A DNA stretch of 58,889 bases, counting the filler, from Porpidia crustulata (taxonomy: Eukaryota): NCBI GenBank assembly GCA_964255105.1. It is 6 parts of 6 records of this genome, joined end to end, with 100 filler letters (N's around TTAATTAATTAA, not from the genome) between each part and the next. Parts side by side here need not be neighbours in the genome. Positions count along the whole stretch, not along the records: positions 1 to 9,758 come from CAXUWE010000891.1; positions 9,859 to 19,591 come from CAXUWE010000893.1; 4 more parts are not named here. One strand, written 5' to 3'. How positions within the stretch are numbered: the stretch's first letter is position 1; each line of letters starts with the position of its first letter. The position numbers and the translations under genes were made by a program. Below, one piece after another: positions 1-12,800 of this stretch. The notes under the pieces were generated by a model. That model made no database searches. It was given only the letters and a program-made list of their open reading frames with translations, and was not told the origin of the DNA.

Positions 1-1253
1 GTTCCGGGGAGGCGGGGGTGTGTTTTGAGGGATTGCTTTGAAGGGCGCTGCTGAGAAAGACTACTGGACCTCTAGATGGGTTTCTCTTTTACCAGCATAA
101 AGGAAAGCGACCGAATTAATTTCCAAAAACCGCAGCAAGACGCTGTAGATGGAGGTGCTATTGATTATAGGATGAGGATGACGGTGTAATCGGGTACTCC
201 CGGCGCTACTGCCAGTTCGTTAACAAGGACAAGGAGCAGCATAAGCGAGCCCGACTTTGATTACATCTGGGCAGCTTTACCGAGTCATAAGAAGTCCAAA
301 AATATAAACAATAAAGGCATATTGACCTTGTGAGCGTTGGTATATTATGGGGTAATTAGGTATTTTCGAAGTGCAATAACTTGGCTTCTTCGTCTATCGC
401 CTACTGAAGTCCACTATCCTTATCATTTGATGGTGCAGATGGTGTTGGAACATTTATCGAATCGACATCATCCTTGTATCCATGTATAACGCAGGTACAT
501 ACGGAGTATGGAGTATGAGCGCTTTGCATCAGCTGAAATTGAATCGCGCCCCTCGTGTGCGACATACTTTATCAAAAGAAACAGCACAGCGCGCAATTGT
601 GGGACTCCCTGGCTACTATCCGATCTTTTCTTGATCCTCAATCCCTAGATTCCACAATATCTAGGACTACCCAAAATTTTCAGCTCTTCTGTTAAGCCTC
701 ATCAGAACAGAACTTGGCTCACCGATAACGATTCTGGTTTCCTTGAACGTCAAAATGATCTTCCTTATCACACTGCTGCATAATGCTGACTGATAATTAT
801 ATTAGTGTTTTATTTGAATCGCTTGGATATGAGACTGAAAGCCGAAGTATGAAGTACTGATCGGTTTGCTCGGGATCGTTTAGGGCGTCCAAGAGGCGGA
901 GCTTCTGATTGGGTGACCAGATTTACACCCAAGAGCGGCGGTGCGCAGAACTTGTTCCTGTCTGAATTGTGTTCCAGATGTTCAAGCTACTGTCGCGAAG
1001 GAGAACCGACATAGAGATCCACTAGAATCTTGAACCCGGAGCTTTAGGAAGCGTATGTAGGAATTGGTGTGTCTGAGGACGCATTCATGCTGCAAGCAGT
1101 CCGACCAGAAAATTGAAACGATACGTCAAGAACAAAGATTTCCAAAAGCTCCTTGTATGCGGTTACGTTGGCCCATGGAAGCGCTGCATGCTCAAGGAAG
1201 AGCCTATACTGATGTGGTGTATGTGCTCAACCCCGAGCTATAGAAACAGTTTT

Positions 1254-3052
1254 TTACTCCAAGTCTTTCACGCTGAGTTTGAAACCGTGATACAATTCCT
1301 GCTCTAAAGGAGCCACAATGTTTTTGTAAACGGCTTCTCGGAACTCTGCGTTATTCAAATCTAGGGCTTGATCTGCAGTGGCAAAGTTGCAATCTAAGCA
1401 TGCTTGTATCGCCATCCTATAGTCCTCGTAAATGTCGTCTACGGAGTTCTCAAGCAGGCGAAGTGCTGTTGTAAGGTCTGTATTCACGTTTACTGTCTGC
1501 CCATCAATTAGGTCATCAGAGCTCCTCTGAGACTCGATTGACTTTCCCAACTGGATCTCTAGAAGTAGGATCCCAAGTGAGAGGATACTCTGATTCGGAT
1601 GGATCCTAAGCATAGCGTTTGGATCGTCGTTATCCTGTAAATCTTGAAAACAGGTAGATAGGTAGGGCCTCTTTAGATCAATCTGATCAGTGGATCTATA
1701 AAAGAAAGATATATCCTCGGTATTCCACTCTTTACCCAACCAAGGGCTTTCACACAGTTGCAGCAAAGAGTTGGCTAGTATGACAGCCAGAATTCTCTTT
1801 TCCCTGAGGGGGAGTTTTGCCGATGTATGAAGTAAATGCTTGAGGGAAACACTGGGCAGTGATTCAATGAAGGAAAGCTGCTTGGACTGTGACTTTATAT
1901 GCCACAGTTTCTCATCATCCACAACCATACGCAGGCAACAACCGTTGTAACGCCCTTGTTCTAAAAGTGTGCATATATCTTGTATCCTTCTTCGTTGCGA
2001 TACGGATACGTCCTTAGGCTTGTCCACCTTGAACCTGACGCCAGAACCAATTGATATTTCATCGCTACAGCAGAGCTCAGGTCAGGGGTTGATCTGCACC
2101 AAAAGTGGAATAAGTGTAGTAGCTTACGCTTCGGGCGTTATAAAAATTGTTCCCTCTTGCCATCTACATAAATAGTCATTTGTATCCTTAGTGGAAAAGA
2201 GCATATTGAAATCGATTTGCGAGGGGTCTGGATGACGGCACTTCAGACAGAGCTTAGCCTGATGCCGAATCGGACAATCACAAATCCAGCAGCACGAGAC
2301 TACATCGTACAAAGTGTAGGCAACCTTGCGTAAGCTCACCGGTGGGCCATTTCGTGAAGGTTGCTTTTGCGTGATAACAGGTTTCGATAATGAAAGACTG
2401 AGAAGGCGTTCGAGTCTCTCATTACATTTGTTGATGCTCACTAACAATCGAGCACGCTTGTCCTCCCTGGCACTAAAACGAATTCTTCGTCGCAGTGCTG
2501 CTAAACTCTTCCCCTTTGCGACACTATCACGAAGACTTTGAAGCTTAGGGTAAACATCTTGCTGTTGGCTCTAGATGTGTTCTCAGTCTGCTATATTTCT
2601 GGCGATGATACTATTTTGCCATGAAATCTATGAGGACTTACCATGTTGTTCTCACGAGATGAAAGCGTGTCATCATCGACAACCTTGTCCAACAATCGAA
2701 GAATTTTTCTCAGATAGGACTCGAAGGTCTCAGACGCACGCCCCAGTCTTTCATTAAACGCAAGGTTCAGTATTTCCTTGTTTAGCAGGTTTACATTAAA
2801 ATTCTCGATAAAACTGTCTTTCTCTTCCTCAGTAGCGATTGGAAGACCTTCAATAAGATTCTCAAGGGTAAACTTCAACAGAGTGACCTCGTACTCAAGT
2901 TCCCTGTAGAAATCTTGGAGCTTTTCGTCTACAATTTTGGAGTGTAAGGCTGTCTTGATGGTATCGAGACCTTCCTGATAGGGTTTGGCAGCCGCAATGA
3001 AGAGAGGAAGCACCGCCATTAGCAAGCCTGCTACCTCGACACCTGTTAGCAT
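1254..3052 (-). CDS. HeLo-like N-terminal domain + degenerate kinase-like (DUF7580-type) C-terminal domain protein, 554 aa, 3 exons (3052-2642, 2570-2128, 2064-1254)
   Basis: GT-AG introns 2641-2571 and 2127-2065 join three ORFs in frame (1665 nt). Hydrophobic N-terminus MLTGVEVAGLLMAVLPLFI resembles HeLo-like domains. Middle WICDCPIRH motif. C-terminal LANSLLQLCESPWL...PYLS...LSLGILLLEI...AIQACL resembles a kinase C-lobe without HRD/DFG. Confidence 0.8.
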
Positions 3053-3320
3053 GGCTGATTGAATGAAGCTTGAGAGTTGAGACCGATTGAAGAGGCGTCG
3101 CAAAAGGCTGTTGAGACGAGGCTGAGCCTGGCCTAGCGTCTGGAATTCTGAGCTGCAGTGATTGGCCCACCAGCCGCCTGCGTATCAATTCGTTTATATA
3201 ATCTACCTAGATACTATATCGCGTGCCTACACATTCTACTTATCAAACTTCTTCAACCCTCAATCTCCGTGGCTCTCATCATCCGACCAGGACTTGTAAA
3301 GTATCATAGCCTTTTCCGTC

Positions 3321-6300
3321 ATGAAGGAGCACGCGACAATACTCGACCGCGCACGAAAGTGCATGATTCTGTTCGAAACCCTCCATGCAGCTATCAACGA
3401 AAAGAATGTGACGGCGGACTTAGCATCATCTGTAGATGATCAAATAGGTCGATTCAATATATGGTCGGGGAACATCGGCTTGTACGCAAGTGCTTCCGCG
3501 TCTCTTGACTATCGGGTACAAGACATTCCTCAGATCAAGAATCTGATAATACAACAACTTGACGGCCTAGAGAAAGACATTTCGCGGGGTATGTAGCCAG
3601 ACATATATTTTCTCAACCCAAGCAAGTTTTCGTTGCCAGTCTAGGTCGACTAGCTATCATACTGGTTGGGCCAAATAACTTGCGCTCACTCCTTCTCCCT
3701 AGCCATCAAGGTTATTCGTGATGGGGACTGGGAAACAGCCTCTCAAGTTGATCGTAATATTGCTGCAAGGGGTGACGAGCACTCGTCAACATCTCCTGTT
3801 TCAAGCTCCTTGTCTCGCTCTGACTCGTCGGAATCTCGAACGGAGTCATTTCCTCAATCACCTTTGACAGAAGGAATCAAGACAATTGGCAAGACAATCA
3901 CCAGATTGTACAGATTATCTCTCGCGATTCGTAAATCATCGACACAGAGTCGCAAGACGAAGGCGGCAAACTACGTTGATAGAGATGATAATGGGCATGA
4001 CATGAGCTCCGAATTCGAGAAATTTGCAACGTTACTTATAAGTCGGAAGTATCCTGGCATGAGCCCAGGTCTTTGTGAGCGCTTGGGGTCCGCCAATGCT
4101 CTGCGTCGAAGGCAGTTCTTGTATCGGCAGCGGCATCAGCAAAAACTGAGTGTAGGAGCGACTGATCAATCTCGCGGCAAGGTAGCAGAATCGAGGCCTG
4201 TAAATTCAGCTTTAATTTCCGACATACCTAACACTCCTCATGCTTCGTCGATACCTTCACGGTCTGCTCACGTTCCAATACCGAAAGATCGACAGAGCGC
4301 TCTTCTGTCTCATACAGTAGCCTCAACCTTGGAAACCCGTAATTTTCGACCAACGACTACTTTATCTAAAGCATCGACAGCCATTACTACGTCACCCATG
4401 CAGGGCTTGTTTGATGTACCCCCTCCACCGAAGTTAACTGCAAGAACCAAAGAATTTCAGTGTCCTTACTGCTGTTTGATATTACCAGCCAAACTGGCGA
4501 ATGGTCCCCGCTGGCGGTAGGCTGGATTCTTTTCCACCCGTGTGCATTTTGTTAATGGAATGATATAGTAACCACGTGAAGAAAGATCTCGAACCATATG
4601 TCTGTGTGGTTGAACACTGTGCTGAGCCACGTATTTTGTATTCGACGACCGTAGACTGGCTCAGACACACACAACAATCACATAATATTCATTGGCGCTG
4701 CAACGCGCCAGGCCATCTGCCCCAAGAGTTTGGAAAGGAGCAAGAATTTGAGGATCATATGCGGTCAAGCCACGCAGGCACATTCACCGAGTCTCAGCTA
4801 CCTTTCCTAAAAAGAAGAAGTGCGTATCCAGCTGCTCAGTTGTTCATTTCCTGCCCTTTGTGTAATTATCAGGCTCCTGAGCTTTCTAGCGCAGAACCCG
4901 GTGGATCGAGTTTGGAAGATCTATCAAACCACATTGCAGCTCATCTTCAATCTATTGCAATTATATCTCTACCATGGCGAGATGATCTGGATGAGAATGC
5001 ATCCAGCAATAGAACATCCGTACCGAAAGCAAGAGACAGCAGTTTTGATCTGGAAGACAATCAATCAGCCTTGAGCTTTGATGACACTCCGCATAATTTC
5101 AATGAGATTAATGACGATGGAAACCGCGAAAACTCCGGTATGGAATCGAGAGATGACGAGTGGGATTTCGTTGTACGACCTTTCTACGAAGGTCCAATGA
5201 CGGACCCTATCTTGAGAAGATTCGTCTTCGATGTTAAAGGGAGCTTTAAGGACGTAACTCTACAGGATATGCTGGACTCCGTGCGTTCGATCAACGAGAT
5301 TATAAACCACATGCGAAAATTCACAGGCGGACCTGAATTGCGCCCAAAGCTGCTTGGAAAGCTTCACGCCGTCTTAAATATACTGCTGGCTCTACAGAAA
5401 CGTCTACACGCTGCAGAACCTGAAGATCCATGGCTTGAAAGTTTGCTTAAAGAGACGAACCAGGCCGAGATACTGCCAGAGGACTCACCCTTTGTGCGGC
5501 TTAGGACGTGCCTTCAAGCAATGAAAAAGACAATCGTACCGCACTCCGATTTCCAAAAGCCATTCCAAAGGGGACTATGGCCCTTCGATGACAATAAACT
5601 CAGAGAATCTACTTCTGAGCTTACCGCAATACACCAGCAATTTTCGTCGATCATGAACTTTGATCACGTTAAGGTTATTCTAGAAACAAATACTCTGGAG
5701 CTTGCCCACTATTGGTCGCCTTTAGATTTTTCCAAAAGACAAGATCAAATCTCATCGGAAAGCATCGGCAGCGGTGAGTGGTTTTTCGAGTCTCTCGAGT
5801 TCAGGACTTGGGTTTCCGGTCGTCCGTGGACTTTATGCATTCATGGAAACCCTGGCGTCGGTAAGGTAGGTTTATCGTTCAACTTTTTCAACTCTAGTCA
5901 CTGACGATTTCAGACATTCCTATCTTCTTTAGTGATACATCACTTGCAGGTTATCACGATGGATCGAAATATCCCAGTCCTCTACATGTATCTTGATCGT
6001 ACAATACAGACAGTAAAAGACCTACTTGGGAGTCTCATTGGGCAATTGATTTATCACCGTTTCTCTACGAATCGGTCTGCCGAAACGAGAGATCTTGAAC
6101 CTTATATGAAAAGCTCGCTCAATCAACCATTGCTCAAAGAAATCTTCGATGTTCTTCAACTAGAAATCAAGAAATTCCAGAGAGTTTTCCTCGTCGTCGA
6201 TGGGTCCAATGAACTCGAAGAACAGCTTCGCGAAGAGCTAGACCTTCAGCTCAAAGACCTCCGTTCGGGAAATCTGAGTGTCATGTTCACTTTGAGACAC

Positions 6301-9108
6301 ATGGAAATGCCTTCTTACATAGTCGTTGATTGTGATGTGTGTGAAAAACAGAATCTTCGCATTTATCATCACTGTCAGATCTGCGATCAGGGAAACTTCG
6401 ATTTGTGTCAAGACTGCATGGACGGTGGAAAGTTTTGCCACGACTCATTGCACGTACTCTCAGAACCCTATTCCGTGGTTTGGATTGAAATGATTACGCC
6501 AGATCAGGAGATCAAGCAATATGTCAAGTCCACCATCGATATTAGTTCCCAGAGTGAAGGTCGTCACCCCAGACTCAGAGATGTGAGGCTCGCAAGAATG
6601 CTTGAGCAGGATGAGCAGCTCAAAGAATTAATTTGCACTACCATTGTCCAGAAAGCGGAAGGCAATTTTCTCATCGCAAATGTATACCTGCTTGCCCTTG
6701 GACAATCACGTACCTTGTGGGAGATGGAGACACTGATGCAAAAGCCTTTTCATGCCCTGGAAAATCGGTCTGTCCTGGACTATCAGTATGAGCAGATAAT
6801 GGAGCAGATTCGTGCCCAGCCAAAGAACGATTGGGATCTTGCTTTAAAGTCCTTGTCATGGGTCTTGTATTCGAAGAGACCTTTGACTTTCGAGGAATTG
6901 CGTGAAGCCATAAATTCCATAGCTCTAGTCCCTCCACAGACACTAGATGCATCGTACAATATTGCACAGCTTCTTCTAGAAGCAGGCGATAAGTCTGAAG
7001 AAAAGCTTACGTACAAACTGTCAAAAATTCTTTCGGTGACTGGTGGATTGATCGCTGTCAATGACAAGCACAGAGTAAATTTCACTCATTTGATTGTGCG
7101 AGAGTATGTCGAAGCAAAAGTGATGGAATGGTTTCCAGCAGCAGAAGGCAACATTGCAATGGCTATCATGCATTATATAAGCACAGAAGCTCTATCCTAT
7201 TCACGCTGCAAGAATGACTACGAATTTGAAGCCAGACAGAAGCGCAATCCTATCTTTCTCTATACAGCCGGCTACTGGGGTGATCATGTACGCAACGTTA
7301 TACACGAGCCGGATGTCCGAGCTGCAGCATTGCGGTTCGTGCGCAATCCAGTCAATCTTGCGCCATGTTTGCAAGCGCAGCGGTACGTTGCCGTTCATGG
7401 GCCAATAGAGGAAGGTCGTCGAGGAGTCCCTAACAGTCTTCATCTGTGTGCCACGTTTGGACTGGCAACCATAATACCCGACTTGCTAGAGGACGGGATT
7501 GAGATCGATGTTCAGGAATCAACTTACGGGCTTACTGCATTGATGTACGCTTGTGAGAAGGGACATGCCGAGGCCGTGAGGACTCTCTTAGATTTCGGTG
7601 CCTCTGTGAATATTCTTAGTTTCCGAGGGAGCTCACCGATGTTTGAAGCTATCTCTGGTGGCTACACCGACGTAATTGAGCTTCTGATAGAGAAGGAGGA
7701 ACTAGACATCAACGCTACTTATCAGAATGAACTTCATATGACCGCGCTCATGGTTGCCGCAGATAAGGGTGCCCTCGAACTCGTTCGCTGCCTGCTTCAG
7801 CGGCCCGACATAGAAGTGAACCAGAAGGATATAAGAGGTGCCACAGCCCTAATTCTAGCCGTGGAAAAGGGGTGTGATTCCATCGTATCACTTCTGTTGG
7901 AATATGGAAAAATTGAAGTCGACGCTTCAAAGGACCATGGCGTTCCAGCGCTGATGATAGCCGCTAGAGAAGGCTTCGATGGCATTGTAGGCCAACTATT
8001 GGAACATGGAGCTGATGCTTCAATTTTGTCCGGTCCGTACGGTTTCGCCGCTATAACGAGTGCGGTAATCGGAGGTCATCTCTCCGTCGTGAAGACAATG
8101 GTGTCACATGGCGCCGACCTTTACGTTCTTGACAAGCGGGGTAGGAGCCTCCTTCATCATGCGAGCATCGAAGGGCATAGTGAGATTGTGCAGTACCTCA
8201 ACGGCGAGGGCCTAACCCCAGATACTCAATGTAATCGAGGGGGTACTGCTCTTCATTACGCAGCCAGAGGACCCCGGCTCAATCTAGTCAGAATGCTTCT
8301 AGAGCTGGGTGCGAATGCCTCAATTATGGATCAAGCCGGAGGAACTCCCTTGGGCGTTGCATGGCACAATGGTCAAACAAAGATTGCGAGAGCCATCCAA
8401 GGGCAAGCCCAGAGCTCAGATTTTGAGCAGGAGATTCCCCCCGAAATTGCGAGTACTCTGCCAATGTGGTCTCTCGCTAAGCTTGGCAAGCTAGACCTCG
8501 TTGCATCAAAAGTCAGCAATGCTACTGACTTGGAGACCAAGGATCCCTACACCAACGATTCTGCAGTTCACTTAGCCGCAGCCTATCACAACAATGATAT
8601 TCTTGAGATGCTTCTGGACGTCAAAGCGTCGCCAGACTGCCAGAATGACGATGGTCGCACGCCTCTACACCTCGCTATTCTGGGGGAGAACCCAAGAGCG
8701 GTCAGTCTCCTACTTCAGCACAAAGCTCGAGTCGATACATCGGACATGTTTGGCCTGAATCCCGTACAATCGGCTTCACAGAAGACATTAGATTCAGGAC
8801 GTTCGGACTTCACCACGGCAATCTGGCTCATGGATGCTGGTCTCAGGACTTCCAAAGACAGCAAATTTAGGCTTCGGAAGAATTTTATTAAACCACTATT
8901 TTTTGCAGCCGTAAAAGCGGGCAACGCAAACGTACTGGAGTACCTCATCGACAAAGGTGCCAACGTAATAGATAAAGATATGGATGGTTACACGGCTTTT
9001 CAACTAGCAGAGAAGGCCGGATTCGACGACATCACAGAGACTCTGGAAACGCGCCTGGAGCTTTACAAATTTCAGAAACGAACGGGTCAGCTGACAGAAA
9101 TGGAGTAG
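3321..9108 (+). CDS. NLR-like STAND protein: N-terminal helical domain, C2H2 zinc fingers, HeLo-like domain, NACHT with ZZ zinc-finger insert, ankyrin repeats; 1857 aa, 4 exons (3321-3588, 3703-4516, 4569-5865, 5914-9108)
   Basis: Introns 3589-3702, 4517-4568 and 5866-5913 have GT/AG ends and keep frame (5574 nt). Splicing restores Walker A GNPGVGK|TFLS. Walker B region RVFLVVDGSNE, winged-helix LSWVLYSKRPLTFEELREA, and more than ten ankyrin repeats (e.g. GLTALMYACEKGHAEAVRTLLDFGA, GRTPLHLAI). Confidence 0.85.
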
Positions 9109-9758
9109 AAAGTAACCAAATTTACGATATAATCAAGGAACGAGCATGTGTTTGTAGAGGCATGAGATGCTCGGCATCTCTTCTCACCATCATTAAGATT
9201 TCGGGATATTGCGCTGAAACTAATATCACATCAGCAAAGCGGTAGCGCTTGGAGGAAAGCAGAATACAGAAAAGCAGCTACAATTTCCGTGATCTATATA
9301 CCTATCTACTGTTAGAAGACGAAGCAGATGTCTCAATACTGTATGCGCCACCAGATATCGCATCTGTCCACAGCGGCCGCGTAATCCCTCTCACTCGCTA
9401 CAACGAACTCAATGAGACACAACAGAAGGCGTACCAAAAGAGTTCAAAGAAAGTCCACACTTTTCGTCTCTCCAAGGTGCCTCAAGAACCGAAACACAGC
9501 CATCATGGCTTTCCAACATCAATTTCCATGCCTCGTCACGGAGCTACGTCCCTGATACTCTGCAACATATTTCATCGAAGGCATGCACCTGGGCCAAAAC
9601 CTCCGTAGGAATGACCCTGCAAATCAAAAAACCCCCAAATAAGTCGCTCGACCTCGCAAGCAAGTCAACAGCCATGTCAAAGTACCTTCCATCCATCGCT
9701 TACGCCCTTGTCACAACAAACCAATCCAAGCCGTCGATCCCACTATCCCCTTCTTCCC

Positions 9759-9858
9759 NNNNNNNNNNNNNNNNNNNNNNNNNNNNNNNNNNNNNNNNNN
9801 NNTTAATTAATTAANNNNNNNNNNNNNNNNNNNNNNNNNNNNNNNNNNNNNNNNNNNN
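9759..9858. other. Artificial contig linker (N44-TTAATTAATTAA-N44)
   Basis: 100-nt spacer with stop codons in all frames, repeated identically five times in the window. Confidence 0.98.
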
Positions 9859-12800
9859 TCATCGCTGAACCCCGCCTCCTCCTCACCATCATCGCTAAAC
9901 TCCCCTCTTGCGCCACGGCCATGGTGACCCGCGCCCTGCCCCTGCAGCCGCAAGCCCGTCGGCGTTCCGTTGCTTGCGCGCGGGCTGCCGTCCTCCACCT
10001 GCACGCCCATCATCCGCTCGGCCTTGCTGAGTTTGCGGCCGGGGTATCCGACACTCGGCTGCCGCTGAGGTTGCGATGCGTAGCCGGGGCCCTGGGCGGC
10101 CGCGGCGCTGGGGTACCGCTGTAGATCTCCGCCGCCGCGGTTGTCTCGTCGAGGAGCGGTGGCCGGGGGCGTTGCAGCAAAGGTTTGCCCGAGAAACTCC
10201 GTCCCTTCCTCTTCGTTTTGAGATTGGCGCGGTTGCTGTTCCTGTTTCAGGGTACCTCTTGTTGCCGGACTTCCTCTCGCTGGGTGTTCCCCGGTATCGG
10301 CACCATTCATGGTCGAATCCATCCGATGTCTTTGGCTCAGGTTCCTCTCGCCTACCCTTCTGTCCCTCCCATTATACCAATCTCTTTTGTGCCCAAGAGC
10401 AGCCTCGTCAATTTCTCCATCGCTCCCAATCTCGCTCTCACTCTTGCCCCAATTGCCTTGACCCTGCCCGGCAGCCAGCCCAGGCTCCTTTTTTCTCGTG
10501 GAAGTCCGGAGTGTCGCAAGTCTTTTCAGTACGTTATGACTCTTACGATACTGTTCCCTGTTTGGATCTCCCAGTCCTGCATAGTGGAGAGCTGGTACTA
10601 GTAGGCGATACGGAGCTGTAATGCCCGCGGGATCTTTTTGGTTGACTTCACAATTGATCACGATATCGAGGCCCTGCTCGAGGTTGATGTGTCCAGAAAT
10701 GTCCTCGTCTGTGTCACCGCGGACTGCGGCTCTTTCGCTCATGTTCGTAGGCCGGCGATGGAAGTTTCCGGGGCGGGTGAGAGGCGCGGAGCTGTTGCGC
10801 ATCATGGTGCTTACAGCAGCGCCGTCGAGATTTGAAGGATTCCGTGAAGGTTTGCTTGGAGAATTGAGAGAGGTTTGTCCTGTTGGAGAGGCGGCAGAAG
10901 CCGATTGGGGACGGTATTCGTTGGAAGGCGGATAATCATTCGAGGAAGGAGGACCACGTCCAGAGAGGCGTCGTATTAAGTTGCCTGGCTTAACGTCCCC
11001 TCTGGTCAAGGAAAGAGTTCTCTGGAGACGATTGGTTGGCCGTGGGGACTCGTCGTTCTCCGATTCGGGTTCGGAAATCGGAGGCGTTGGAGGTGGCGTT
11101 GAGCCAGGATGATACTCCCGTATAGAACACCAGTTCCGACGAGGAAGAAGGTGCTTGTTGTTTCTCGGCTTTCCGTCGACATCATGAGTGAACATCGGGA
11201 TCATGTTCTCGTCAGTCTTGAATCCGGTCAGCTTGTCGCCTTACAAGTAGAGACAATTTCCCTTACCTCCTCATCAAAGTGATGCGTCTTGTTGCGCTTG
11301 TTCAGTATATCGCCCATGACTTCTGGGGGAGGCGTGTTGACAATTGCCGAAGATATCACGTTAGCCATATAACGGTGATCCTTGTCTTTTGGTATTTTCA
11401 GCTTTGGATTTGAATAGAATTGGCCGACTGCCGCCAAGTGAACATCGCCACTAGGACTTGTGAGTATATCTAAGTGCTTCATACGGCTTTGTTTGCTCAC
11501 CCAAGGATTGTTATCCTGACAGATTTTTCAGCAGCGATCTCTTGAAGCTCTTGGATGAACCAATTTCGCTCTTGCTTGTGCCTTTTCGCTGTCCAATGAT
11601 CGTCAAGATCATCCAGAATTTCCACTCCGCCGTCGAACTTGTTGAGGAAGCCTCCAAGCAAGCCAGTCCTTGCAAGTGCCTTGACAGGGTCCATCAATCT
11701 ACTTGTTAATAGTGTTTCGAGCCAGACCAATCTCGGGTACGCAATGGGAACCCCTAAGAGCACAATTAGATGCTTCGTTTCCCCCTCAATGATTTCTCGT
11801 CGGCATCGGTCGAAAATCAACTCATAAGATGCCTCGCTTAGGATCTCGTCTCGCTGCAGGATGTTAGTCTATGCTCATGAGAAACAAGGTGTATGCATAC
11901 CATGCGCTCTGTTCGAGCGTCGAGACCAAGAAAGGCGACGTGCTTCCCTAGAAACATGAAAATACTCCGGCTGAGTTCGTTGATATAAGGCCCTGGTGCA
12001 GCGCCTGTCAACCAGCTAGGCTCGTCTGCTGACCCTTCGTCTGCAACACTTTGATGCTGGAACAGCATGTAGTATTTGAACGCGACTTCGCCAAGACCGC
12101 AGAAGACAGGCGTACTCATAAAGTGATGAGGGTAGGAACCATAGCCGTCAATTATGTCTGCAAACCGATTAGTCAAAACACTTGCAACGAACAATAAGTT
12201 GTGAAGGCAACAATATATCAACCGGGAAACGGCATCTGAAGCATTGGGATGATAGATAGAAAAGTGACAAAGCTTACCATGGTCATCCCATAAATTGATC
12301 ATGGGAATTTGCGAATTAGCCATGCCGAACAGACCTTGTGAAAACCACATAGAGTATCTTTCCAGGTAGAAAGTCTCTAATTCGTCGCGCATCTCAGTCG
12401 AAAACTCCGCTTCATGCTTGTGATGTGGATTCTTAAGGTTGAGCCACTGTTGGAATAGCTTCGTCTGGGTCATTACAGCGTCATTGTATATCTGATCGCC
12501 ACCCCCTATCATTGCGTGGAATGGTCGTGTTTGATGACTGTTGAGCACATCACGCCACAGAGGGTCGGGACCCGAGAAATTAGCTGGACTAAAGGACAAG
12601 TCAGCCGGATATTCGACGTGTGATCAATAATCTTTGCGTACTTGACGCTCATGCTGAAGCCGTTGCAGCTGTGAAACATTACGTTCATGGATTGCCCCTT
12701 AGCAGGTACCCAAAAACCTACCGACGCAGAGTTGTTGATGCGATACGCAATTCGAGCTTGATGAGGAACAAGCTCGATTTCTAAATTGAAGCGCCAAAAT

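Noticed and set aside
1254..3600. Amyloid signalling motif shared by the NLR N-terminus and effector C-terminus
   Set aside because: No G/N/Q-rich HRAM, PP or sigma-like pseudo-repeat is visible at either end.
9803..9814. TTAATTAATTAA recurring about every 9.8 kb as a biological periodic repeat
   Set aside because: Always centred in exactly 44+44 Ns, so it is a synthetic linker.
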